In this document: piece by piece, positions 7,951 to 16,417 of the stretch | Layout: every line of letters begins with the position of its first letter | How positions within the stretch are numbered: the stretch's first letter is position 1 | Virus record (IMG/VR): IMGVR_UViG_3300037045_000076 | Coordinates: 1-27,033 of that record | Length of the DNA stretch: 27,033 nucleotides | Source: a virus | Lineage: Duplodnaviria > Caudoviricetes | Reading direction: 5' to 3' (one strand) | Notes under the pieces: generated by a model | Told to the model about the DNA's origin: nothing | The model's input: the letters and a program-made list of their open reading frames with translations, nothing else | Databases searched by the model: none | Program-made: the position numbers and the translations under genes

Positions 7951-8916
7951 GTGTCAACGAAAATATCATGGTGCGACGAAACAATAAACCCAGTCGTTGG
8001 GTGCTCCAAAATCAGCGAAGGCTGCCAGAACTGCTACGCTGAAAACATGGCTGCTCGGCTGGCCTCGATGGGCTTTGTTCAATACCGAGCTGTGACATCA
8101 TCACGCCGCTGGAACGGTCGAGCTGAGTTTGTCCCTTCAGAGCTGCAAAAACCGGATAAATGGAAAAAACCTCGAAGCATCTTCGTTTGCAGTATGGGTG
8201 ACCTGTTCCATGAGTGGGTACAGCCCGAATGGATCGACAGGGTGATGAGGATGGCATGGAATAATAAACGCCACACTTTCATTCTGCTGACAAAGCGTCC
8301 GGAAAACATGCTTAAGTATTTCATTGGATTAGCCAAGCCAGGCACTGGCACCGACACCGCGAAAAGATTGCTCATGAACCCGAACTACACCCAGCAAGAC
8401 CACGGTTGGCACATGCGGTATTTACGGGGAGACTCATTGCAGAATCTTGTTTTGGGTGTGTCCGCGGAAAATCAGGGAGCGGCTGACAAGCGTATTGGGC
8501 TTTTACTCCAAACTCCAGCTGCAAAGCGGTTTGTCTCGCTGGAGCCGATGATAGGACCGGTTGATTTGGATAGAATCCATGAGGCTGGTGAAGGTGAGGA
8601 AGGGTCACATTGGGAAAGCTGGGAAAGCTGTATCGACGGCAAACGATTTGACCCATGGTCTGAAGGATGGATAAACGGTTTTCCGAGGCTCGATGGCGTA
8701 ATCCTTGGCGGAGAATCCGGCAGGAGCGGCCGCCGTCTTGAACCTCAATGGGCAATGAAGGTTCGCGATCAATGCCACGCTGCCGGGGTGCCTTTTATGT
8801 TCAAGCAATGGCACCACGAAAACAGAAACGAGGTCAACCCGAGCACCGGCTTTCCTTTGTTGGGGAGTTGTACTCATTCGGAATTGGCTTGGGCAGTTAA
8901 TAGAAAGGAGAGTTGA
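7951..8916 (+). CDS. DUF5131 / phage Gp37-Gp68 family protein
   Basis: TKISWCDETINPVVGCSKISEGCQNCYAE, IFVCSMGDLFHE, LLTKRP, GVSAENQ, FVSLEP, ILGGESG, VPFMFKQW. Confidence 0.9.
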   Translation: MSTKISWCDETINPVVGCSKISEGCQNCYAENMAARLASMGFVQYRAVTSSRRWNGRAEFVPSELQKPDKWKKPRSIFVCSMGDLFHEWVQPEWIDRVMRMAWNNKRHTFILLTKRPENMLKYFIGLAKPGTGTDTAKRLLMNPNYTQQDHGWHMRYLRGDSLQNLVLGVSAENQGAADKRIGLLLQTPAAKRFVSLEPMIGPVDLDRIHEAGEGEEGSHWESWESCIDGKRFDPWSEGWINGFPRLDGVILGGESGRSGRRLEPQWAMKVRDQCHAAGVPFMFKQWHHENRNEVNPSTGFPLLGSCTHSELAWAVNRKES

Positions 8917-8917
8917 A

Positions 8918-9301
8918 GTGACAGCGCAACATCGCCAATGGCTACAGAAGCGCCGGGGAGAAGAATATCCATGGATGAATGATGACCAGTTTGAGTGCTG
9001 GTGTATGTTCTGCGAACTCTTGCACGGAGGGAATCACCAATTCGGCAAGATTAAGCCAGCAGGGCCGGATGGAATCACTGTTGATGAACACGCGGCGGGA
9101 GGTTGGGGTACCTACGATTTTGACCACCTGACCCGGGCCGTTGTCCTGGCCCATGATCGTTGCATCCGGTTTTATATAAGTCCACGTAACTCACAGAAAC
9201 TCCGCTTCCACCTTCACAAAAGGAACGCAAGGGATGGGGGTATCATGATCAAGCATCCGACATTAGAGGAAGCTGTAGAGAAAATACGGAAAACAAGCTA
9301 A
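8918..9301 (+). CDS. Hypothetical phage protein
   Basis: AAAGGAG SD; contains TYDFDHLTRAVVLAHDRCIR; stop lies within TAAC. Confidence 0.75.
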   Translation: MTAQHRQWLQKRRGEEYPWMNDDQFECWCMFCELLHGGNHQFGKIKPAGPDGITVDEHAAGGWGTYDFDHLTRAVVLAHDRCIRFYISPRNSQKLRFHLHKRNARDGGIMIKHPTLEEAVEKIRKTS

Positions 9302-9364
9302 CGATAAGTCTGGCGCCGCCTCACGGGTCGAGGCGCTGGTTATCACTTTCAAAAGGAAACTGAA

Positions 9365-9523
9365 ATGACACAAGAAGAAATCGACAGAATCTTAGAAATC
9401 ATGGAATCAACGGCTAACACACTGCGGGGAATAACACTTGATCCTGCAATCCCGAAACACGTTAAAGATTGTTTCTGGCCCCTCATTGCAAAACTTGAAG
9501 GCGAAGTGGCGATGCACGTTTAG
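9365..9523 (+). CDS. 52-aa hypothetical protein (not in ORF track)
   Basis: AAAAGGA SD; MTQEEIDRILEIMESTANTLRGITLDPAIPKHVKDCFWPLIAKLEGEVAMHV. Confidence 0.6.
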   Translation: MTQEEIDRILEIMESTANTLRGITLDPAIPKHVKDCFWPLIAKLEGEVAMHV

Positions 9524-9563
9524 CGATAACAAGGCATTATCCAAATAACACAAGGAACGCATC

Positions 9564-9893
9564 ATGCCAAATTGGGTTAAATACCGATCAGAACAGGCAA
9601 AAAGAGCACGGAGCGAAAAAGCAAGCCGTGCCGCAAATGCCCGATGGGAGCAATACCACGCCTGCCTTTCTGATCAACCAATTATGCAGGACCTGCCTGA
9701 TGACTGCTTCCGCATAACCGTCGAGAATCTGATAACCAAAAAAACCGAAGTGTTGCTGTTTCATCCTGGCGGGAAGTCTGGCCGTTTCCACATCGATGTC
9801 AACGGGAAATACTGGAAAACCTGCGGCTGGACTGACGCCACTGTCAGGATCCGCAAGAGCTGCAAAAGAATGTTTAACCCGAGGATAATTTGA
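9564..9893 (+). CDS. Hypothetical protein
   Basis: AAGGA SD; basic helix EKASRAANARW; the stop overlaps the terL start. Confidence 0.7.
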   Translation: MPNWVKYRSEQAKRARSEKASRAANARWEQYHACLSDQPIMQDLPDDCFRITVENLITKKTEVLLFHPGGKSGRFHIDVNGKYWKTCGWTDATVRIRKSCKRMFNPRII

Positions 9894-11785
9894 ACACAGC
9901 CCCGCAACCGACATTCGAATTCATCCCCTTCCGCCCGGCGGAAGTAAAAGCCTTCCGCCGGCGCAAGCGCCTTCCCGGCCCCCAGTGGGCGGAAAAAAAT
10001 ATCTACGTCCCGGCCGGGTCTCGCCAGGGGCTCTACCGCAACCACAATAATCCGCCCCTCTACGGCATCCTCGAAATTGCCGGGCGGCCGCATGTCCGCA
10101 CCGTGGTGCTCGCCAAAGGGATCCAGACCGGCGGGACCCTCGGCTTTTATATCCTGCTGCTTCGCGAGGCCGACTATTCCAGCGGCGGTGACAACGCCCT
10201 GATCGTCATGGCCGACGAGCGCTCGGTCAAGAAGCTGAGCAAGAAGCGCCTGCAGCGGATGATCGACCTGAGCCCGACCCTTGCCGCCATCAAGAGCAGC
10301 AACCCGGACGATACCACCATCTACTCCATCACCCTGGCCGACGGCTTCACCATCGACATCGGCTGGGCCTCCTCCGAGATGAGCGTCTCCTCCGAGTCGT
10401 ACCGGGTCCTCATCCTGGACGAAATCAGCAAGTACAAAGTCCGCGGCAACATCGAGGATGCCAAGGGCCGCACCACCGTCTATCCCGACACCAAAAAACA
10501 ATTCATCTTCTCTTCCCCGGCCATCGACTCCGATGATCCGGAAAAGCGCGATCCGCTCATGGAAGAGGCTGAATCCTGCGACGTGATGCTGGATTATCAT
10601 GTCAAGTGCCCCGACTGCGGTGTCGAGCAGGTGATGATCTTCGAAAACATCAAATGGCCCCGCCAGGAAGGTTTACTGCCCGGCTCCGCCATCGAGGATC
10701 CCAAAGCGATCCGCCGGCACAAAACCGCCTGGTATGAATGCCCCCATTGTCACGGCCGCTGGAACGATTACAAACGCGACAAGGCTGTGCTCGCCGCCAT
10801 GAAGCATGGCTGGAAACCGACCGAACCGGGAATCGATTTTCCGCAATCGGTCTACTTCCATTACCCCGGCTGGCTCTCGCCCTACATGTCCCTGTCCGAA
10901 GTAGCCGCCCGCTGGATCGAGGCCCAGGGTGATGAGGAGAAACTCCAGAAATGGTACAACCTGGTCGCAGGGGTATCCTACCGCCACGAGAAAAAAGACC
11001 GGCCGCACTCTGCTATCCTGGCCCTGCGCGACGATCGCCCCGAGGGGCTGGTGCCGTCGGTCCCCATTGCCGCCATCTCCTGCATTGCCGACATGCAGAA
11101 GCGCGGACTCTGGTACAAGATCACCGCCTGGGGCTACGGCCTCGAGCAGGAAAGCTGGACGCTCAAAACCGGCTATGTCGACTCCTGGGAGGCCCTGCGC
11201 CAGATCATGTTCGACTCGCAGTTTGAAGACATCAACAAAAATACCTACAACGTAACCCTGCGCGGGCTGGACTCGGGCGGCGGAGAAGGCGAAGAACACT
11301 CCGATCTCTCCCGCACCGCCGAGGCCTACCTGTTCGCCGCCGCCAATCCCGGCGTAATACTCTTCAAAGGCCGCCGCCGCATGACTCGGCAGCACAACGT
11401 CACGAATCTCGACCGACTCCCCGGGACCAACAAGCCGCTGCCCGGCTCCGCGAAGCTCTACACGATTCACTCGACTTTCTTCAAGGACAAGCTGGCCGGA
11501 AAACTCCTGGTGTCCCCGACTGATCCCGGCTCCTGGCACCTGCATCAAGACATCGATGAGGATTTCGCCAAGCAGATGTGCGTCGAATTCCGTAACTCAC
11601 AGGGGTTCTGGGAATGCCCCAAAAACAAGGCGAACCACTACTGGGACTGCAGCTATATGGAGATGGCGCTGGTGGAGATTGCCCAAGTTAAATTCTGGAA
11701 GCATGCTGTGGAGCCACAAGCAAAACCGCAGCAGGCACCGCCATCGCCCGGCGGCAACCGGCCAAGCTGGTTTAACAACCGATAG
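9890..11785 (+). CDS. Terminase large subunit, lambda GpA family
   Basis: QWAEKN, Walker-A-like VLAKGIQTGGT, Walker B VLILDEISKY, KGRTTVY, FSSP, CPDC..CPHC Zn finger, LSPY.S, nuclease residues IADMQ, GLDSGG, NHYWDC. Confidence 0.93.
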   Translation: MNTAPQPTFEFIPFRPAEVKAFRRRKRLPGPQWAEKNIYVPAGSRQGLYRNHNNPPLYGILEIAGRPHVRTVVLAKGIQTGGTLGFYILLLREADYSSGGDNALIVMADERSVKKLSKKRLQRMIDLSPTLAAIKSSNPDDTTIYSITLADGFTIDIGWASSEMSVSSESYRVLILDEISKYKVRGNIEDAKGRTTVYPDTKKQFIFSSPAIDSDDPEKRDPLMEEAESCDVMLDYHVKCPDCGVEQVMIFENIKWPRQEGLLPGSAIEDPKAIRRHKTAWYECPHCHGRWNDYKRDKAVLAAMKHGWKPTEPGIDFPQSVYFHYPGWLSPYMSLSEVAARWIEAQGDEEKLQKWYNLVAGVSYRHEKKDRPHSAILALRDDRPEGLVPSVPIAAISCIADMQKRGLWYKITAWGYGLEQESWTLKTGYVDSWEALRQIMFDSQFEDINKNTYNVTLRGLDSGGGEGEEHSDLSRTAEAYLFAAANPGVILFKGRRRMTRQHNVTNLDRLPGTNKPLPGSAKLYTIHSTFFKDKLAGKLLVSPTDPGSWHLHQDIDEDFAKQMCVEFRNSQGFWECPKNKANHYWDCSYMEMALVEIAQVKFWKHAVEPQAKPQQAPPSPGGNRPSWFNNR

Positions 11786-11792
11786 ATTAGGT

Positions 11793-11820
11793 TTCATACT
11801 TCATCCTTCATCCTTCATAC
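11793..11820. repeat. Heptamer tandem repeat (TTCATMC)x4
   Basis: ttcatac ttcatcc ttcatcc ttcatac, immediately after terL. Confidence 0.85.
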
Positions 11821-11844
11821 TTTTTATTTTTTCCGGAGGCAGAA

Positions 11845-12063
11845 ATGCAGCAGTCGTTTCGCAGGGAAGACACCCTCACCGTAAAGCAGATATGGAAAGA
11901 GCTCGACCGCAAGATTTCCATCCGCAAAATCTACTACCTCATCGAAAGCGGAGAGTTTGGCGAGGGCAACGTCTACCGCTTCGCCGGAAGTCGCGGCACC
12001 TGCGTTACGAAAGATGCCGTGCTGGCGTATAAGGATGGTTGCCGGTTGGATGTGGGGGTTTAG
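11845..12063 (+). CDS. Xis/MerR-like (HTH_17) DNA-binding protein
   Basis: LTVKQIWKEL..ISIRKIYYLIESGEF..TCVTKDAVLAY; GGAGG SD. Confidence 0.75.
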   Translation: MQQSFRREDTLTVKQIWKELDRKISIRKIYYLIESGEFGEGNVYRFAGSRGTCVTKDAVLAYKDGCRLDVGV

Positions 12064-12336
12064 ATGTCAAGGCTCCGCGAAATAGCACTATATGACGCCA
12101 CGGTTCATGCTTATCTCAAACTGTTTGATATGACCCCAGGGGCGTCCTGGACGCTTACAATGGAAAACCTGGTGATTCACCTGTCCAATGAAAAAGCAGA
12201 GTTACTGCGAAGGGTAACCGAGCTTGAGATCAGGAAAATGCCAGAACCTCTAGAGTTAAATATTGTCAAAATTAAAACCGAGACAACGGCTGGTACCGCC
12301 AAGGAGGAACGATGGACAACGAGAGAGACGCAATAG
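12064..12336 (+). CDS. Hypothetical protein
   Basis: Abuts the upstream gene; contains a short coiled coil. Confidence 0.6.
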   Translation: MSRLREIALYDATVHAYLKLFDMTPGASWTLTMENLVIHLSNEKAELLRRVTELEIRKMPEPLELNIVKIKTETTAGTAKEERWTTRETQ

Positions 12337-12713
12337 ACAGGGATACCGGAACGAATGAGAAAAGTGCTATCCCGGTCAATTCGCTGGTTATGCCCTTTTC
12401 TCTGGAAATATGGGAGAAAAAAACCATCACAGTTACAGCCGAAAATTATGCTGGAGCTGTTAAACAGGTTCCACGGGAATGCTCCTTCGAATCGGTACGG
12501 AAACAGGGTGATGAGTACGAAGATCGGTTGACCGAATATGACTGGTGTCACTTGTGCTGTCAGCCGATGCTCCAGAATAAAAATGGTCCGGTCGATAGGT
12601 GGGCAAAGATTGAGATCGACCGTGATGACGATTACCCCTTCGCAGGGGACTGCGTGCACGAATCCTGCGCTATTTCCCTGGGTAGGAAAATACTGGAAAC
12701 CATGAGGATATAA
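12312..12713 (+). CDS. Hypothetical protein with possible Zn-binding motif
   Basis: AAGGAGG SD; CHLC..HESC; stop lies within TAAC. Confidence 0.65.
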   Translation: MDNERDAIDRDTGTNEKSAIPVNSLVMPFSLEIWEKKTITVTAENYAGAVKQVPRECSFESVRKQGDEYEDRLTEYDWCHLCCQPMLQNKNGPVDRWAKIEIDRDDDYPFAGDCVHESCAISLGRKILETMRI

Positions 12714-12768
12714 CACCAGTTCAACCTTGGTAAGTGCACCTAACATAGAAAGAGCGAGGAGATTAAAA

Positions 12769-13107
12769 ATGGAACTGACAAAAAAAGCAAGGGCTGTCGT
12801 TGATGCAATTGAGGAATGCGGTGCAAGTGATAAGTTGACCCATGCCGTCACGTTGGCTACTGATCTGGCAGCAGACCTGGAGTTTATGGATCTGCATCAT
12901 CTCGCAATCGACAAAGGCTGGAAGATTCCGTCGCAGGAAAATGGTGATTTCCCGAAACATGCCTGGACGTGGTACTGGCGCAACTGTGAAGCTTATGAAA
13001 AAGACCCGTCCGTGGGCCGGCCGGTTGTGCCACATCGCAGTGGAGGTGGAATATTCCATGATGTTAAGAACCCACCGAGTATCCCGAGAGATAGACCGAG
13101 GGCATAG
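12769..13107 (+). CDS. Hypothetical phage protein
   Basis: GAGGAG SD precedes ATG12769. Confidence 0.65.
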   Translation: MELTKKARAVVDAIEECGASDKLTHAVTLATDLAADLEFMDLHHLAIDKGWKIPSQENGDFPKHAWTWYWRNCEAYEKDPSVGRPVVPHRSGGGIFHDVKNPPSIPRDRPRA

Positions 13108-13129
13108 AATCTGGATCAGCGGAGGGCTT

Positions 13130-13351
13130 ATGAGTGAGTACGGATGCACAGAATGTGAAGCATTGCCAGGGAGCGCTGTTTGCGAGAAATGCCAGCCTTC
13201 CGCTGTATCGCCTAGTTCACCAGCCCCATGCCATGAGTGCCTATGTTGGGAAGGCCGCTGCACTCGTAGTAAAAGACTTTGGGACCAATGCGCATGGAAG
13301 AGTAACTATGGATTGTTTGTGCCAAGAGAAAAAAGGCGACCCGCTAGGTAA
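13130..13351 (+). CDS. Cys-rich small protein
   Basis: GGAGGG SD; CTEC, CEKC, CHEC motifs; 73 aa. Confidence 0.6.
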   Translation: MSEYGCTECEALPGSAVCEKCQPSAVSPSSPAPCHECLCWEGRCTRSKRLWDQCAWKSNYGLFVPREKRRPAR

Positions 13352-13377
13352 ATTATCTTTTAAAAAGGAGGATGACA

Positions 13378-13635
13378 ATGAATGCAGTAGAAATCGTAAA
13401 ACAGTTGGGCTATGAACAGATGAGAGTATTGCAGGAGTTGAAAAATAAACCCGACAGCGAAGGCTCTGTCCTCTGCAAGGATGCAGATTGCTCCTTCTCC
13501 GAACTCTTTTCTCTGGGTGAGAAAGGACTGATAGATGTGGGGATGGATCGGCTGGAACCGAAGCGAGTGCACCCTGCGTTGACCGACCTTGGCCGCGAAG
13601 TTCTGGCGCTCTGCGAGTCGGAAGGGATTGTTTAG
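13378..13635 (+). CDS. Hypothetical protein, possible winged helix
   Basis: AAGGAGG SD; SLGEKGLID...LTDLGREVL. Confidence 0.6.
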   Translation: MNAVEIVKQLGYEQMRVLQELKNKPDSEGSVLCKDADCSFSELFSLGEKGLIDVGMDRLEPKRVHPALTDLGREVLALCESEGIV

Positions 13636-13691
13636 TAAAGGTCTCACCCCCTATCCCATCCTAACTTTGTTAAAAAATTAGAGGGTTCCAC

Positions 13692-13874
13692 ATGAAAAAT
13701 TGGAATGAACTTGATGGAGCAGCCGCAAAAAACTTAACCCCCTTGGCCTTAAAGGTATTTCACGAATACAAAGACCAACTCAAACAAGATGGACATACAT
13801 GGGAAAATGATGCCTCTGATATTTTACGTGGATACATTTGGGATGACATGGAAGATGACATTCAAGAGCCATAA
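13692..13874 (+). CDS. Small acidic hypothetical protein
   Basis: GAGG SD; AT-rich; stop lies within TAAC. Confidence 0.55.
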   Translation: MKNWNELDGAAAKNLTPLALKVFHEYKDQLKQDGHTWENDASDILRGYIWDDMEDDIQEP

Positions 13875-13881
13875 CGACAAG

Positions 13882-13913
13882 GGTCAGCTGGTTCCCTGCT
13901 GAGCCAGCTGACC
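13882..13913 (+). other. 10-bp hairpin (terminator or attC-like remnant)
   Basis: GGTCAGCTGG-N12-CCAGCTGACC; no U-tract follows. Confidence 0.5.
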
Positions 13914-13942
13914 ATGAAAAATGATTTGAGCAAGGAGACTCG

Positions 13943-14269
13943 ATGAAATTTCATTCGATCATGACGGCAGAGGTAAGAGTTGATTGTTACTCTGGCGAGA
14001 CATGCGACCAGCACCGAAAATATTTCGGCATGTACTGCGACGGTGACATGGAAGGCGGAGAGTTTGGAGAAGACAAGATCGTAATTAACCTGGCCCAGTT
14101 GCCACCAGGGGCAAAAGTGACTGTGGGATATCCCGTTTGCCCGACATGTGGAACTCCTCGTGAGGACTCCATGGAATTTGTGGAGGGCGTTTACAAGATC
14201 ATCGGCCATCCCGATAAATGCCAATGCGGTTTCGATTGGAAGAACTGGGCCGAAGAGGTATACGGATAA
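13943..14269 (+). CDS. Hypothetical protein with C-terminal Zn ribbon
   Basis: AAGGAG SD; CPTC...CQCGFDW; stop lies within TAAC. Confidence 0.7.
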   Translation: MKFHSIMTAEVRVDCYSGETCDQHRKYFGMYCDGDMEGGEFGEDKIVINLAQLPPGAKVTVGYPVCPTCGTPREDSMEFVEGVYKIIGHPDKCQCGFDWKNWAEEVYG

Positions 14270-14283
14270 CACCTGCCGACCCC

Positions 14284-14316
14284 AGACCTGCCAGGTTTTC
14301 AAAACCTGGCAGGTCT
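14284..14316. repeat. Perfect 16-bp inverted repeat, REP-like palindrome
   Basis: AGACCTGCCAGGTTTT-C-AAAACCTGGCAGGTCT; each arm contains its own palindrome ACCTG-N-CAGGT. Confidence 0.85.
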
Positions 14317-14376
14317 CATCCCCCCCATCCCTACCGCAAACTTTTTACAAATCCCCCCGAAAATGTAAAAAAACTT

Positions 14377-14418
14377 GTGCACGTGGTGCATGTGGTGCAC
14401 GTGGTGCACGTGGTGCAA
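14377..14418. repeat. 9-bp tandem array (GTGCACGTG)x4 plus a partial copy, likely regulatory
   Basis: GTGCACGTG GTGCATGTG GTGCACGTG GTGCACGTG GTGCAA, ending 34 nt before the first head-operon gene. Confidence 0.85.
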
Positions 14419-14452
14419 GACTTTTCACTTTTTACGCCGTACCATCCGGCCC

Positions 14453-14695
14453 ATGGCACTCACCCCCCTTTATACCCAAGCGGAAATCGACGCCGAAATC
14501 ACCCAGGCGAAACGCGATCTGGCTTCTGCCCGCCAGGCGATTTCGCGCAGCATCGGGACCGGAGTCAGCAACAGGGCCAGCATGAGAGAGCGGGTCGATG
14601 TCTTGCAGCGCCACCTGGAATGGCTCCAGAGTCAGCGCGCAGCCTTGCAGATCGGGCCGGGCGCTCAGGCTCATGTCGGGAGGCCTGCACGATGA
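14453..14695 (+). CDS. Head completion / head-tail adaptor (lambda gpW-like)
   Basis: 80-aa helix-hairpin-helix pattern (YTQAEIDAEI..SRSIGTG..VDVLQRHLEWL); ATGA overlap with the portal gene. Confidence 0.7.
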   Translation: MALTPLYTQAEIDAEITQAKRDLASARQAISRSIGTGVSNRASMRERVDVLQRHLEWLQSQRAALQIGPGAQAHVGRPAR

Positions 14696-16359
14696 CTGGT
14701 TCTTGCCGCATAGGAAGAAGTTACCCCGCCGCCAACTACCATGGCCCGGCCATGGAAGCCGCTACCGTTTCCCGTTCCGCTGCCGGCGCGCTCGGTACCA
14801 TGAGCAACTGGGTCCCCCGCCGCCTCTCCTGGCGTGAAGAGGGTAGCCAGCGCGAAAAGGTCGCGCTCCGTTCCACCGACATCGCCGTCAATGACGCTCA
14901 CGGCGCCAGCATTATCGACTCCATCACCATCAACACCGTCGGCACCGGACTCTGGCCCCGCTCCACTCCCAATTTCAAGCGGCTCGGAATTACCGAAGAA
15001 CAAGCCACCGAAGTCGCCGAGGCCATGGAATGGGAGTTCGAACAGTTCTCCCGAGAAGCCGACGCCCGGGGTGTCACCGATTTTTACGGCATCCAGGTGC
15101 AAAACATCTGGGCGATGCTGGTCAAGGGGGAATTCATCAACCTCCCGCTGATGCTGCGCGATTCAGCCCGCCGCTATTCCCTGGCCCTCCAGACCATTGA
15201 CCCCGCCCGCCTGCGCACTCCGGCGGTCTACGCCGCTTCCCCCGATATTCGCGACGGTATCCGCCTGGGCGAAAACGGCCAGGCAACCGGTTATTTTCTG
15301 GCTGATCCGGAAAACGGCCTGATCTTCTCCGGCGATTCCTACAACTACGAGTTTCAGGAGTTACCCCCCCGACGCGGGCACCGCCCGGTGGTCATACACA
15401 GGTTCGTACCGAAAGAGCCGGAGCAGGCACGCGGAGTTCCGATCTTCGCCCCGGTAATGAAACTCTTCCGCGATAAATCCGATTACCTGGATTTCGAGCT
15501 GGTCGCCGCCATCGTCGCTGCCAACTTCCCCGTCTGGATCGAGAAGGGGAGCCTGTACGACGCAAACACCCTCCCCGGTGTACGCGTCGGCGCACCAATG
15601 ACACCGGAAGGCGATCCGACCTACTACCACGAGCTCCGTCCCGGACAGGTCCATTACGGCAACCCCGGCGAGAAGCCCCACTTTCCCAGCTCGACCCGCC
15701 CCTCCGGCAACCTCCCGGCCTTCCTGGAGACAGTACTGCGAGCCATCGGTGCCGGCGGCGGCGGAATGCCCTACGAGCTGGTGGCCAAGGACTTCAGTAA
15801 AACAAACTACAGCTCCGCCCGGGCCGCACTGGAAGAGGCCTGGCGCGTATTCGGCTTTAACCAGGATTGGCTGGTCAAGGGTTTTTGTCAGCCGGTCTGG
15901 GAGATGGCCTTCGAAGAGGCCTGGCTCAGGGGTCGGATCAAGTTCCCTAAGGGCGCACCCGACTTCTACGCCGCCCGAGCTGAATGGTGTGCGGCGCAGT
16001 GGACAGTCCCCGAGCGTACCACCCTCGACCCGGTCAAAGAGATGGTCGCTCACGTCATGGGCAAGCAAAACAACGTCGCCACCGACGCCGATTTCTGCGC
16101 CAAACGTGGAAAAGACTACGAAGCCGTCTACCAGCAAAGAAATCGCGAGCGCAAACTTGCCAAGGATCTGGATCTCCCCGAGGTCAACGACTCGACCGTC
16201 TCAAAAAAACCGGAAAAACCGGAAGACCCGCAGAACCCATCGGAGTCATCCTCCTTCGCCAAGGCTCCGGCGGACACGTCGGCGGACATGGTAGCCAACA
16301 TCATCGCCGAAGCAGTCCGGGAAGAAGTAAAGGCCGCCATGCGCACGGAGACAGCATGA
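14692..16359 (+). CDS. Portal protein, lambda family
   Basis: LRSTDIAVND, NTVGTGL, VKGEF, IRDGIRL, PEQARGVP, KTNYSSARAAL, FCQPVWE, LDPVKE. The start is ATG14692, not 14218. Confidence 0.93.
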   Translation: MTGSCRIGRSYPAANYHGPAMEAATVSRSAAGALGTMSNWVPRRLSWREEGSQREKVALRSTDIAVNDAHGASIIDSITINTVGTGLWPRSTPNFKRLGITEEQATEVAEAMEWEFEQFSREADARGVTDFYGIQVQNIWAMLVKGEFINLPLMLRDSARRYSLALQTIDPARLRTPAVYAASPDIRDGIRLGENGQATGYFLADPENGLIFSGDSYNYEFQELPPRRGHRPVVIHRFVPKEPEQARGVPIFAPVMKLFRDKSDYLDFELVAAIVAANFPVWIEKGSLYDANTLPGVRVGAPMTPEGDPTYYHELRPGQVHYGNPGEKPHFPSSTRPSGNLPAFLETVLRAIGAGGGGMPYELVAKDFSKTNYSSARAALEEAWRVFGFNQDWLVKGFCQPVWEMAFEEAWLRGRIKFPKGAPDFYAARAEWCAAQWTVPERTTLDPVKEMVAHVMGKQNNVATDADFCAKRGKDYEAVYQQRNRERKLAKDLDLPEVNDSTVSKKPEKPEDPQNPSESSSFAKAPADTSADMVANIIAEAVREEVKAAMRTETA

Positions 16360-16368
16360 TTTCAATAA

Positions 16369-16396
16369 TTCATCATTCATCCTTCATAATTCATCC
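16369..16396. repeat. Heptamer tandem repeat (TTCATMM)x4
   Basis: ttcatca ttcatcc ttcataa ttcatcc, between portal and protease. Confidence 0.85.
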
Positions 16397-16417
16397 TTAC
16401 CCCAGCCCGGAGGCAGC

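Noticed and set aside
9905-9922. QPTFEF at the TerL N-terminus as a beta-clamp-binding motif
   Set aside because: Only a loose match to a short degenerate consensus; likely chance without conservation data.
14377-14418. Possible CRISPR array or mini-array
   Set aside because: The repeats are 9 bp and contiguous with no spacers; no cas genes are present.
14218-14691. N-terminal extension of the 713-aa portal ORF (includes VHVVHVVHVV)
   Set aside because: It is read-through across the palindrome, the 9-bp array and the gpW-like gene. Portal similarity starts at ATG14692.
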